A DNA stretch of 32,000 nucleotides, taken from positions 1,020,001-1,052,000 of the forward strand of contig NC_002677.1 in assembly GCF_000195855.1 (NCBI RefSeq), given 5' to 3'. Made by a program: the position numbers and the translations under genes. A model generated the notes under the pieces. The model saw only the letters and a list, made by a program, of their open reading frames with translations, made no database searches and had not been told where the DNA came from. This DNA is from Mycobacterium leprae TN. GTDB lineage: Bacteria > Actinomycetota > Actinomycetes > Mycobacteriales > Mycobacteriaceae. How positions within the stretch are numbered: the stretch's first letter is position 1; every line of letters begins with the position of its first letter. Shown piece after piece: positions 22,384-32,000 of the stretch.

Positions 22384-23021
22384 TGATGAACAGGTATTCA
22401 CCGTATCGACGTGGGTCGGACACCATTGCATCGGACGTCATCGATCGCATTCTGGTCGGGGTATGTGCGGCAGTCTGGCTGGTGCTGATAGGGGTGAGCG
22501 TAGCTGCGGCCGTCGCATTGGAGGATCTGGGTCGCGGCTTTCACAAGATAGCGAGTGACCCGCACACCACCTGGGTGTTGTACGGCATCATTGTCGTTTC
22601 CGTGTTGATCATCGCAGGGGCGGTGCCGGTATTGTTGTGGGCTCGCCGCGTGGCCCGGGTTGAGCCGCCGATTCGACCGGCGGGTGTGCCGGAGCGCGGG
22701 GGAGTCAGGCAACTGGTCAGCGCCGGGCGTTCCACAGCGCGTATCGAGGTCGAGCGGGTATGTGCCGAGGAGAGGGTTCAGTCGGTCGCGCAACCTGGCG
22801 AGTGGTTTGACGCGGCGGTGGACCGGATCTGGTTGCGTGGCACGGTTGGATTGACTGGCACGATGGGGGCCGCACTGGTCGCGGTTGCGGCGTCGACCTA
22901 TCTGATGGCTGTTGGTCGCGACGGCGCGTCGTGGGTTGGTTACGTCCTAGCCGGGATCGTCACGGCGGTGATGCCAGTTATCGAATGGATCTATGTTCGG
23001 CAGTTACGTCGTGTGGGTTGA
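22377..23021 (+). CDS. Conserved membrane protein (Rv2197c-like)
   Basis: [45 protein letters not shown]...; four hydrophobic segments; start overlaps mmpS3 stop (TGATGATG region), exact ATG ambiguous. Confidence 0.85.
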   Translation: MLMMNRYSPYRRGSDTIASDVIDRILVGVCAAVWLVLIGVSVAAAVALEDLGRGFHKIASDPHTTWVLYGIIVVSVLIIAGAVPVLLWARRVARVEPPIRPAGVPERGGVRQLVSAGRSTARIEVERVCAEERVQSVAQPGEWFDAAVDRIWLRGTVGLTGTMGAALVAVAASTYLMAVGRDGASWVGYVLAGIVTAVMPVIEWIYVRQLRRVG

Positions 23022-23154
23022 TGTGGATGAGATGAGTGGCCCGCTCGGATAGGTTCGCCTCACTGACCTGTGCCTGACTTCCTTGCTAGCTAGTCCCTTC
23101 GCCGCTGCGCGGCTGGGGGTTTTCGCACTACGCTGCGTGTGTCGTCGCCGAACT

Positions 23155-24810
23155 TTAATGCTTGCCGCGCTCCCCATTCGGGGAACTGGCGATGCTGTCT
23201 TGGTGTTCGCGCAACGCGGTAAGTGCACGTTGCTCGGCGACGTGCGTTGCTTCGCGCAGTGCCGCATCCTCGGATACCGGATCTGCGAACAAGAAGCTGC
23301 CGCTACTGGGTGAGCCGGCCGAGCCCAGTTTGTTCATCCGCTTGGGAACAGCAGTGCCCTGGTACTCGAGCGGTATTGGGTGGCCGTGATCGTCTACCGG
23401 GCCGAGCGGCTGGTGCAGCTCGATGTACGCCCCATGCGGTAGCCGCTTGATGATGCCGGTTTCGATGCCATGTTCGAGCACCGCCCGGTCGCTGCGTTGC
23501 AGCCCGATACACCACCGATAGGTGATGAAGTAGACGAGCAGTGGAAGTATCACCATGCCAATGCGACCGATCCACGTCGTTGCGTTGAGCGAGATGTGGA
23601 ACTTCAACGCGATGATGTCGTTCATCGCCGCGAGCGTGAGTACCATGTAGAAGGTGATCGCCATGGCCCCGATCGAGGTGCGCACCGGAACGTCACGCGG
23701 CCGTTGCAGCAAATTGTGGTGGGCGTAGTCGCCGGTAAACCGCTTCTCCAGGAACGGGTAGGTGATTAGCAGGACGAAAACTAGGGCCATGATCACCGCG
23801 ACCCAAACTGGTGCGGGTATGGTGTGGTGCCAGAAATAGAACTCCCAGGCTGGCCAGATACGGGCCAGGCCCTCGGTCCACATCATGTAGAAGTCTGGCT
23901 GCGAGCCAGCTGACACCTGAGATGGTTTGTAAGGGCCTAGGTTCCAGATCGGGTTGATCTGCAGAAAGCCGCCCATCAGACCCAGCACGCCAACAATGGC
24001 TGCGAAGAACGCGCCCGACTTGAACGCAAACACCGGCATTACTCGCACACCGACGACGTTGTACTCGGTGCGGCCCGGTCCGGGGAACTGGGTGTGCTTC
24101 TGGAACCACACCAGCGCTAGATGCAGCCCTATAAGCGCGAGGATGACCCCTGGGATCAGCAGGATGTGCAGTGCGTAGAGCCGAGGAATCAAGATGGTTC
24201 CGGGGAAATCGCCCCCGAACAGAGCCCAGTGAAGCCAGGTCCCGATCACTGGTATACCTAGCGTGATCGACGACAGCGCGGCCCGCAGGCCGATGCCCGA
24301 CAGCAGGTCGTCGGGCATCGAGTAGCCGAAGTAGCCTTCAAACATGGCCAGGATCAGCAGTAGTGAACCGATAACCCAGTTGGTCTCGCGCGGCCGCCGG
24401 AACGCTCCGGTGAAGAAGATACGTGCCAGGTGTACCATTATTGCCGCGGTGAACATCAATGCGGCCCAGTGGTGGATTTGACGGACGAACAGGCCGCCTC
24501 GGACTTCGAAGGAAATGTCTAGCGTCGATTGGTACGCGCGCGACATCTCGACCCCGCGCAATGGTTGGTAGACGCCGTTGTAGGTGACATCAGTCATGGA
24601 CGGATCGAAGAACAGCGTGAGGTACACACCGGTGAGCAGCAGCACGATGAAGCTGTACAGCGCGATCTCGCCGAGCAAGAACGACCAGTGCGTCGGGAAG
24701 ACCTTGTTGAGCTGCCGGCGCAGCGCTGCCGACGGGTGATATCGTGTGTCGATGTCTTCAGCTTGGCGGGCCAGGACATCACCGATATCCGGAACGGATT
24801 TTGGACTCAT
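23155..24810 (-). CDS. qcrB: Cytochrome bcc complex cytochrome b subunit
   Basis: [89 protein letters not shown]; 551 aa. Confidence 0.97.
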   Translation of the reverse strand: MSPKSVPDIGDVLARQAEDIDTRYHPSAALRRQLNKVFPTHWSFLLGEIALYSFIVLLLTGVYLTLFFDPSMTDVTYNGVYQPLRGVEMSRAYQSTLDISFEVRGGLFVRQIHHWAALMFTAAIMVHLARIFFTGAFRRPRETNWVIGSLLLILAMFEGYFGYSMPDDLLSGIGLRAALSSITLGIPVIGTWLHWALFGGDFPGTILIPRLYALHILLIPGVILALIGLHLALVWFQKHTQFPGPGRTEYNVVGVRVMPVFAFKSGAFFAAIVGVLGLMGGFLQINPIWNLGPYKPSQVSAGSQPDFYMMWTEGLARIWPAWEFYFWHHTIPAPVWVAVIMALVFVLLITYPFLEKRFTGDYAHHNLLQRPRDVPVRTSIGAMAITFYMVLTLAAMNDIIALKFHISLNATTWIGRIGMVILPLLVYFITYRWCIGLQRSDRAVLEHGIETGIIKRLPHGAYIELHQPLGPVDDHGHPIPLEYQGTAVPKRMNKLGSAGSPSSGSFLFADPVSEDAALREATHVAEQRALTALREHQDSIASSPNGERGKH

Positions 24811-26009
24811 GTTGTGCGCTCCCAGAATGCTGGCCCGACCGGCTCGACAAAGTCACCGTTGGCAACCAGATACCCGTCGGTGTCGATGGTGATGGGTAGT
24901 TGTGCCAGCGCGCGCGCGGCCGGACCGAATATCGGCTTGGCATACTGCAGCGCGTCGAACTGAGATTGGTGACAAGGGCACAGGATTCGGTAGGACTGCT
25001 GTTCGTATAGTGAGGATGGGCAACCCAAATGCGAGCAGACCTTGGTGAAGGCGAAGAACTCGCCGAAGTTGAAGTTCTCCTGGCCTCGGCGTTTGACCAC
25101 ACGAGGCATATCACTGGGCCGGATACGGATGAGCATTACCGGGTTGCGGATACCCATCTTGATCGTTATCAGTTTTTCGTGTGATTCCATGGTGGTGCCG
25201 TCGCCGTCGGACTCGCGCCACGGAAAGACGGTCTCCATCCCGCCTGCGTCGACGTCTTCCGGACGCATCCGGATAAACGGTGCTCCCGAGTGCGAGCCGG
25301 TAGCTCTCGCTAGATAGATTGTCTCCCCATGGTATCGTGGGGTCCAGCCGGAAGTCCAAAGCATGGCCTTCATCCCATTCGCGGTGGGTACGACTGGCTT
25401 CCATGGGTTTTTGATGAAACCGCCAATAAACGTCACCAACGTGCTGAGGCCAAAAGCGCCCAAGCCCACGCCCAACGACAGCCCGATTAGCTTGCGGCGC
25501 CTGATCGTTGAGCTCTCAAGAGCGTCGGTTAGGTTCGCTACGACTGTCTTGCGGTCGATCTCGGGCGATGCACCGTCATGGCGTTCCTGGATCGAAATCT
25601 CTTCCGGGATGAATCTCTTCTGAAACTGCACCGCGCCAATAGCGATCGCCAGGATGGAAAGCCCGAAGGTCAGACCATACAGCGGGGTGGCAATGGTGTA
25701 GAGGAAACTGCCTGAGGCCTCTTTGGGTTTGTACTCCCACGGCCAAAACAGGAAGATCAGTAGTAACGTCAGACCCAATACGCCACCCAGCAATAGCCAG
25801 AAGGTTACCATTCGTTCGGTGCGCTTTTCCGCCTTGGTGCCCTCGATCGGCCAACGCTGCTCCTTGTAGACGGTGTTAACACCATCGAGCCGACCGCCCA
25901 GGGCTACCAGTTCCTCGCGTGACATCGTCCCCTGCGTTGTCTCGTCGAGCTCCCGGGAAGCGCCGGCGCCGTCTTTCGGGTTAAGGCTCATGCTCGTGCC
26001 CCAATCCAC
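24807..26009 (-). CDS. qcrA: Cytochrome bcc complex Rieske iron-sulfur subunit
   Basis: Rieske motifs CSHLGC and CPCHQSQFD; three TM segments; 400 aa; overlaps qcrB and qcrC ends. Confidence 0.96.
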   Translation of the reverse strand: MDWGTSMSLNPKDGAGASRELDETTQGTMSREELVALGGRLDGVNTVYKEQRWPIEGTKAEKRTERMVTFWLLLGGVLGLTLLLIFLFWPWEYKPKEASGSFLYTIATPLYGLTFGLSILAIAIGAVQFQKRFIPEEISIQERHDGASPEIDRKTVVANLTDALESSTIRRRKLIGLSLGVGLGAFGLSTLVTFIGGFIKNPWKPVVPTANGMKAMLWTSGWTPRYHGETIYLARATGSHSGAPFIRMRPEDVDAGGMETVFPWRESDGDGTTMESHEKLITIKMGIRNPVMLIRIRPSDMPRVVKRRGQENFNFGEFFAFTKVCSHLGCPSSLYEQQSYRILCPCHQSQFDALQYAKPIFGPAARALAQLPITIDTDGYLVANGDFVEPVGPAFWERTT

Positions 26010-26857
26010 AGTGCCAGCCCGATGGCGGTGACCATCCCGATGATCCAGATCGCCATCCCCTCCGGTGCAGGGCCGAAGCCACCGAGACTGTAGCCACCTG
26101 GCTGGCGTTCTTCGATGACGGTTCGCACGTAGCCGATGATGTCCTTCTTCGCTTCGAAGGAAAGTTGGCGGTCGGCGAACTTGGGCATGTTCTGCGGGCC
26201 GGTCAGCATCGCGGTGAGGATTTGCTGTTCGTTGGCGGGCCCGAGGTCGGGGGCGTACTTACCGGACGACAGCGCACCACCTTTTCCGGTGAAATTGTGG
26301 CACGATGCGCAGTTTAGTCGGAACAAGTCGCCGCCGCGACCCAGGTCGGTACCGCGCAGTGATTGCATCGCAACGCTACCGTCGGGGTTACGCGCTACGG
26401 TCGGCCCACCGCCGTTGGCCTGGATGTAGGCACCGATCGCGTCGATTTGTGACTCGTTGAAAATGGGGTCTTTACGCGCCACCTGGGCCTCACCGCGCAT
26501 AGCAGGCATCCGACCAGTCGATACCTGGAAATAGACGGCAGCTTCGCCGACGCCAATCAGGCTCGGCCCGTGGTCGGGAACTCCTTGAAGGTTGGCGCCA
26601 TGGCACGACACGCAGGAGGTGTCGAACAGCTGCTTGCCGGTACGCAGCAGAGCTGATGAGTCCTCATCGGCGACGGCCACTTGCGGGGTCGGAGTCAGGA
26701 CCGCCGCTAGTCCCCCAGAAACGGTCAGCGCTACCAGTAGCAAAAGGCCCTCCGACAAGCGGCGGCGTAAACGCCGCCGCGAACGCTCACTCTCTTGTTC
26801 TCGTTCTTGTGGCTGACTGCACCGCCTACTGGATCGAGTGAAACCCAGTTTCTTCAA
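25988..26857 (-). CDS. qcrC: Cytochrome bcc complex diheme cytochrome c subunit
   Basis: Two CXXCH haem sites (CVSCH, CASCH), C-terminal [24 protein letters not shown]; 289 aa. Confidence 0.96.
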   Translation of the reverse strand: MKKLGFTRSSRRCSQPQEREQESERSRRRLRRRLSEGLLLLVALTVSGGLAAVLTPTPQVAVADEDSSALLRTGKQLFDTSCVSCHGANLQGVPDHGPSLIGVGEAAVYFQVSTGRMPAMRGEAQVARKDPIFNESQIDAIGAYIQANGGGPTVARNPDGSVAMQSLRGTDLGRGGDLFRLNCASCHNFTGKGGALSSGKYAPDLGPANEQQILTAMLTGPQNMPKFADRQLSFEAKKDIIGYVRTVIEERQPGGYSLGGFGPAPEGMAIWIIGMVTAIGLALWIGARA

Positions 26858-26918
26858 CCGATCACTCCTGTCGTTTCCTGTTTGGGCCTTGCTTGGGTTC
26901 CGTTTGGGGCTTGCCGGC

Positions 26919-27527
26919 TCATCGGATGAAATAGATCACGGTGAACAAAGCGATCCACACGATGTCAACGAAATGCCAGTAGTAGGAGACGACGATGCTG
27001 GCGGTTGCCTGAGCCGGTGTGAACTTGCTCATCGTGGTGCGGGCCAGCAGGAAAATGAAGGCGATCAGGCCACCAGTGACGTGCAGCCCGTGGAAGCCGG
27101 TGGCCAGATAGAACACGCTGCCGTACGCGCTACTGGGGATGGTGGTGCCATGAGTTATCAAGTGGTAGTATTCGTAGCCTTGGCCGAGAACGAAAAACAG
27201 GCCCATTAATAAGGTGATCACATACCAGCGGCGTAACCCGAAGACGTCGCCGCGCTCAGCTGAGAAAACTCCCATTTGGCAGGTGAACGATGACGCGATG
27301 AGCACCAGCGTTACCGGGACGGCTTGGTAGAGATTTAGTTCGGTCGACGGCGGCCACTTTCCGCCGGCCTGAGCACGCGCAGTGAAGTACATCGCGAACA
27401 GTCCAGCAAAGAACATCAGCTCACTGGAAAGCCAGACTACGGTACCGACACTGACCATGTTGGGCCGATTCAGCGAATGCACCCGCGACGTAATTGCAGT
27501 ACCCAAGGTGCCTACAGTGCTCGTCAC
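26919..27527 (-). CDS. ctaE: Cytochrome c oxidase subunit III
   Basis: [66 protein letters not shown]; 202 aa. Confidence 0.96.
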   Translation of the reverse strand: MTSTVGTLGTAITSRVHSLNRPNMVSVGTVVWLSSELMFFAGLFAMYFTARAQAGGKWPPSTELNLYQAVPVTLVLIASSFTCQMGVFSAERGDVFGLRRWYVITLLMGLFFVLGQGYEYYHLITHGTTIPSSAYGSVFYLATGFHGLHVTGGLIAFIFLLARTTMSKFTPAQATASIVVSYYWHFVDIVWIALFTVIYFIR

Positions 27528-27663
27528 ATCTGCAAGTATGACGTTTTGTAGTTGTCGAGTTCTACCCGGGGCGGCAAATCAGTTGCCTGCGTAGCTTTTG
27601 CACCGTTGGCGGCGTGCTTTGGAGGTGTTTGGGGGCGAGTGGTTCGCATGGGACCATTGGCCG

Positions 27664-28764
27664 GTGGTTTTGTCATCGCAACCACCTTCTTCTCGCAGCG
27701 CCACCGGATCGGTGTTGTCGTGGCCGCAGGTCTTGGGGCGTTTGACAGCAGGGCAGGATCTCACGCGGGGCCAGGCTGCTTGGGCGATGGGCCAGGTCAT
27801 GACTGGGAACGCACGGCCAGCCCAGATCGCCGCGTTCGCGGTGGCGATGAAGATGAAGGTCCCCACCGCGGCCGAAGTCAGTGAGCTTGCTGACGTCATG
27901 CTCAGCCACGCGCGTAAGCTGCCGACAGAGGCGATCTGCCAAGATATCGGAGAAACCGTAGACATTGCCGGAACCGGGGGAGATGGTGCCAACACAGTCA
28001 ACCTGTCCACTATGGCTGCGATCGTGGTTGCGGCCGCAGGTGTACCGGTGGTCAAACATGGTAACCGGGCCTCGTCTTCACTGTCAGGCGGCGCTGACAC
28101 TCTGGAAGCATTGGGGGTCCGTATCGACCTTGGACCAGAGCAAGTCGCGAATAGCCTAGCCGAAATCGGGATCGGGTTCTGCTTCGCGCCGCTGTTCCAA
28201 CCGTCGTACCGGTACGCGTCCGCGGTGCGCCATGAGATCGGGGTGCCGACCGTGTTCAACATCCTCGGGCCGCTGACCAATCCGGCCTGGCCGCGGGCTG
28301 GATTGATCGGCTGTGCGTTTGGCAATCTTGCCGAGGTTATGGCGGGGGTGTTCGCTGCGCGACGCTCCAGTGTGCTGGTAGTGCATGGCGATGATGGACT
28401 CGACGAATTGACCACCACTACTACCAGTACGATCTGGCGTGTTCAGGCGGGCACAGTGGATAAGCTGACTTTTGATCCTGTCGAATTCGGGTTTGCGCGT
28501 GCTCACCTTGACGATCTGTTGGGAGGGGATGCGCAAACTAATGCGGCGAAGGTGCGTGCGGTACTGGCCGGGGCCAAGGGCCCAGTCCGCGACGCCGTTG
28601 TGCTCAACGCCGCCGGTGCGATCGTCGCCTACGCTGGGTTATCCAGCCACGCTGAATGGTCGCCCGCGTGGGACGATGGGTTGGCGCGCGCCAGCGCTGC
28701 CATCGATTCGGGTGCCGCCGAACAGCTCCTCGCGCGGTGGGTGAGGTTTAGTCAGCAGGTCTGA
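27664..28764 (+). CDS. trpD: Anthranilate phosphoribosyltransferase
   Basis: [74 protein letters not shown]. Start uncertain: GTG at 27664 proposed; the open frame extends to an ATG at 27598. Confidence 0.93.
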   Translation: MVLSSQPPSSRSATGSVLSWPQVLGRLTAGQDLTRGQAAWAMGQVMTGNARPAQIAAFAVAMKMKVPTAAEVSELADVMLSHARKLPTEAICQDIGETVDIAGTGGDGANTVNLSTMAAIVVAAAGVPVVKHGNRASSSLSGGADTLEALGVRIDLGPEQVANSLAEIGIGFCFAPLFQPSYRYASAVRHEIGVPTVFNILGPLTNPAWPRAGLIGCAFGNLAEVMAGVFAARRSSVLVVHGDDGLDELTTTTTSTIWRVQAGTVDKLTFDPVEFGFARAHLDDLLGGDAQTNAAKVRAVLAGAKGPVRDAVVLNAAGAIVAYAGLSSHAEWSPAWDDGLARASAAIDSGAAEQLLARWVRFSQQV

Positions 28765-28789
28765 ATCCCACTCCCGGGAATCGGCAGCG

Positions 28790-30390
28790 TGCTCGGCAGG
28801 CCAGCCTGTGCCGAGTACACTGATGCCGCCCACGCTGCCCAGGTGCCCGCTGTCTGCAGGGGGCCCAGCCAGCTGAGGCCCGAACGATGCGCACACCGGC
28901 GTGGCCAGTCAGCGCACGATTAGCGCGGTCTCTTCGATCAGCGCGCCGTGCTACTGGGGGTCGGTGCCGGCAGGATCGTCTGGGTGTCGGAGTGGATGGC
29001 ATCGACCGCCGGCATCGGCAGCACCGCGCGTCTGGCGGTGTCCACTGCGGTGAGTTTGGCCGTGGCGGATGACGGCTAGGTGATAGCCACTTTAACCGTC
29101 GGTGCCGGCAGCCTAGCGGTGATCAGCTCGGACAATGTTACCAGGGTACTCAGGAGCTTGCCACGTCACAGGGCCTTGACAGCGGTTAGCCTGGGGTTAT
29201 CCGAGTTGGTCGATCACCGCGATCTTTGTTTGGCACGTATTGTGCGGCTGTGACGTCTCAGGAAGCGGGGCAGGCCGTTTTGTACAGCAAGAACTGCACG
29301 GCATACGTTCGCACTCCGGTAAACCTGCCCCCGCAGGGTCACTGTTGCGGCGGCGTTTGTACGGGACTAATAAAACGGGTCGTTGGCGCGGTGCACGCGC
29401 CAACGAAAGTCGGGGGCGGGGAACGTCTCGTCGGTCAGCGTCACCCAATACCTAATTGTTATCTATTGTTGCGGAGGTCGCGACTCACGGTTGTACGAAC
29501 GCGCATGTGCGGCTGGCACTCGCAGTTCACCCACGCCGGCTTCCAGCTCGTGCACACATTCGACATGGTCGACCGTGCTGGCCAAAGCGAATATACTCCT
29601 TCCTTCTCCTGTAGGTCCGCGCTGCTGAAGTACGACGGCGCAGGTCAACAGTGGTACCATTGTAGAGTACCTCGCCTAACGGTCCGGCGGAACAGGTAGA
29701 TGCGTTGGTCGATGCGGCAGGCTGTAAGCGAGATTCCGTTTTCGGCACTATGTTGGCGCAACATTGGGCAGATACGAGCATAGGCTCGGCCAAGGCGTGC
29801 ACGCCCTGGTTGCCTGCTCGTTCGATGCGTGCGTGCAATGCGTGTAACACGTCGACGGTGGTGCGCGCGGGCATCGTCGCGAGGGTTCTGTTGGGTGGAC
29901 TGTGCGGCTCTGGTGGGCAAACAGCCGTTGCCAACGTGGCCAGCTGAGATCGCACCGCTGCGCGGCGGCCTGCAGGAATCTGATATAGAACCAGGCGTTG
30001 TGGGCGACTAGCACCGAATCGCCGGGGAATTTCAAAAACATCGGTAGCATGACATCGATGGTGGGGCATCACACACTATCGATGTCATGCTGATGCCGGT
30101 GAGGTGCGCGATCTGGAGTCCGGGTGTTGAGCTATGGGTTGACCTAGAGTGGCGAGGTAACCCAGCCTAGTGCCGCCGCGGACTTTGATCGCGCCGATCT
30201 CGGTGATCGCAATCGGGGCAGTTCCCTCGGTACTGGTCGTACGTACGTCAGTGGTTTCGAGGATCCACCACTACAACAGTGGTCTCGAGCAACGGCAGCT
30301 TTTCTGGGCCCCGGCTGTTGCCAGTACGCCGGCCTGACTGGTGCGACTCAGGCTGAGTCGCACCAGTCAGGCTTATGGCCGTGGCGTTAA
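28790..30390 (-). pseudogene. Decayed DnaQ-like exonuclease / GIY-YIG (UvrC/Cho-like) protein gene (Rv2191-like)
   Basis: Fragments in order on - strand in different frames: [173 protein letters not shown]. Boundaries approximate. Confidence 0.83.
30046..30091. repeat. Perfect 14-bp inverted repeat with 18-nt loop
   Basis: AGCATGACATCGAT (30046-30059) ... ATCGATGTCATGCT (30078-30091), exact reverse complements. Confidence 0.95.
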
Positions 30391-30962
30391 GCAGACCCAC
30401 CGGACAGTGTCACGGCCATCGTTATGCGAAGGCAGTCCAGAGGTGTCGGTGCCGATGTCTAGCGTGCGAACAGTTCGACCTAGTTAGCTTGACCAACTTG
30501 ACCCGAGAGACTCACCCTAATTGCACAAAGCACCACATTGTATAGCAAAGGCGTCGCAGTGCTCGAGCCGAATGCGTCGGTGATTATCGATTGTGATGAC
30601 TGGCGCGATGCGGGTCCGGTACGGGATGCCACAACTATGTATCAGCGTGCTATTGGGAGTGTCGGAGACTCTGTTGCAGGATGAACGTGCTGTTTTGGTA
30701 GTGCTCATCGACGTCGGATTGGCGCTCCGGTTACGGGCGTGCCGATTCGCGGCAAGCACCGGTTCGGGTTCTCTTGAGTGCCTGGGCTCGTCAAAACCCC
30801 CTGGTTCGCCGGTTTTCCGGTGCGATGCTCTCAAGCGGGTGACTGAAATCTTTCTATTTTCTTAACGATCACATTTGGACAACGTCGATATCATTTCGTA
30901 ACCTGTTTGAGATCTAAAGCCCGCTCAATGGCCAAGTGCCTTTGGCAGTTTAAGGAAAAGCT

Positions 30963-32000
30963 TTGAGACTTGGCTGCAAGCATCCGGTTGTGCGCCTGAT
31001 TGCGCACTTTGTTGTCGGAACGCTAGTAGGGTTCGCTGTGTTATCTCGTTTCTTTGTCGCTACCGCGATGGCTGACCCTGCTGAGGACGCGCTGGCAAAA
31101 CTTAACGAGCTGTCCCGCCAAGCTGAGCAGACCACCGAAGCGGTGCACAGCGCGCAACTTGATCTGACTGAGAAGTTGGCAGCTCAGCGGGCGGCAGACA
31201 AGAAGTACACGGACGACCAAGCTGCTCTGGCGGACGCCCAGGTGCGCTTGGCCACTTTCCAGGCTGCGGTCAACAAACTTGCTGCCGCTACGTATATGAG
31301 TGGTCGTATAAACGGCATGACCGCTCTATTGACAGCATACTCACCGCAACAATTGATCAACAAGTTGGCCCTACAGCGAGTGCTGGGTGTTCAAATGGCT
31401 ACACAGATGGCCGGTTACCGGGACGCCGGGGAGCAGGCTGTTAAGGCAGAGCAGACATCCGCTAAGTCCGCCGCTGACGCTAAGCACGCGGCCGACCAGG
31501 CTGCCGTGGTACGGGCGGGCTTGCAGTCTAAGCAGAGTAAGTTGCAGCTCCAGATTGCGGTCGTCAAGTCGCACTACCTTTCGTTGTCGCCTAGGCAACG
31601 TACCACGCTTGCAGAGCCCGGGCCAGTCCCGGCGGTGGCTACTTTGCCCGGTGCGGCATCAGCTGGCGTTAGCCCGCCACCTGATGCCGCACCACCCGGC
31701 GGATTACTCGGGGTTGCTCCAGCCCCTTTCGCAGGTGGTGGCGACCGCGCGGCTGTTGTGCAGGCGGCACTGACCCAAATCGGAAGTCCATATGCTTGGG
31801 GTGGCGCGGCGCCCGGTGGATTCGACTGCTCCGGACTGGTGATGTGGGCTTACCAGCAGGCCGGCATTGCGCTGCCTCACTCCAGCCAGGCTCTGGCCCG
31901 CGGTGGTCAGCCGGTGTCGCTGTCGGAACTGCAGCCCGGTGATGTGCTGACCTTCTATTCGGACGCGTCGCATGCCGGCATCTACGTTGGTGACGGTATG
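30963..32000 (+). CDS. Secreted NlpC/P60 peptidoglycan endopeptidase with coiled-coil N-terminal domain (Rv2190c-like), truncated by window end
   Basis: Open frame from likely TTG at 30963 to window end: LRLGCKHPVVRLIAHFVVGTLVGFAVLSRFFVATAMADPAEDALAKLNELSRQAEQTTEAVHSAQL...; catalytic GGFDCSGLVMWAYQQAGIALPHSS and HAGIYVGDG. Missing from ORF track because it is open at the edge. Confidence 0.9.
   Translation, partial: MRLGCKHPVVRLIAHFVVGTLVGFAVLSRFFVATAMADPAEDALAKLNELSRQAEQTTEAVHSAQLDLTEKLAAQRAADKKYTDDQAALADAQVRLATFQAAVNKLAAATYMSGRINGMTALLTAYSPQQLINKLALQRVLGVQMATQMAGYRDAGEQAVKAEQTSAKSAADAKHAADQAAVVRAGLQSKQSKLQLQIAVVKSHYLSLSPRQRTTLAEPGPVPAVATLPGAASAGVSPPPDAAPPGGLLGVAPAPFAGGGDRAAVVQAALTQIGSPYAWGGAAPGGFDCSGLVMWAYQQAGIALPHSSQALARGGQPVSLSELQPGDVLTFYSDASHAGIYVGDGM

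Noticed and set aside
28411-28435. ACC/ACT-rich stretch (ACCACCACTACTACCAGTACG) as a possible microsatellite
   Set aside because: It encodes the conserved TrpD segment [13 protein letters not shown], which I recall in the Mtb protein too; ordinary coding sequence.
29226-29699. 157-aa + ORF with several cysteines (SKNCTAYVRTPVNLPPQGHCCGG...)
   Set aside because: It is the complement of the decayed exonuclease/GIY-YIG gene, whose homology is clear on the - strand; likely a chance open frame.

Overview
The window looks like the chromosome of a leprosy-type Mycobacterium (M. leprae or a very close relative). Gene content and order match the M. tuberculosis Rv2190c-Rv2219 region (inverted here), with several deeply decayed pseudogenes among well-preserved housekeeping genes. 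Left to right: DUF4191 membrane protein (partial), lipA, lipB, SDR epimerase, dlaT/sucB, ephD, pepA/pepB leucyl aminopeptidase, gcvT, ilvE, cobS (pseudogene), cobT, DUF3043 protein, glycerate-kinase-like pseudogene, HesB/ErpA-like A-type carrier, Rv2203-like membrane protein, adenosine kinase (adoK/cbhK), asnB, ctaC, ctaF, mmpS3, Rv2197c-like membrane protein, qcrB, qcrA, qcrC, ctaE, trpD, a decayed exonuclease/GIY-YIG (UvrC-like) pseudogene, and an NlpC/P60 peptidoglycan hydrolase running off the right edge. I saw no CRISPR array, tRNA/rRNA, prophage, intact mobile element or convincing new multi-gene system. The most unusual local signals are a ~45 bp extremely AT-rich insertion inside the glycerate-kinase pseudogene, two perfect short tandem duplications just after or across stop codons (23 bp x2 after ephD; 24 bp x2 spanning the ctaC stop), a perfect 14-bp inverted repeat inside the exonuclease/GIY-YIG pseudogene, selective loss of cobS next to an apparently intact cobT, and apparent absence of the Rv2212 cyclase and Rv2209 membrane-protein genes. 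Gene identities come from recognising protein sequences, not from a database search.
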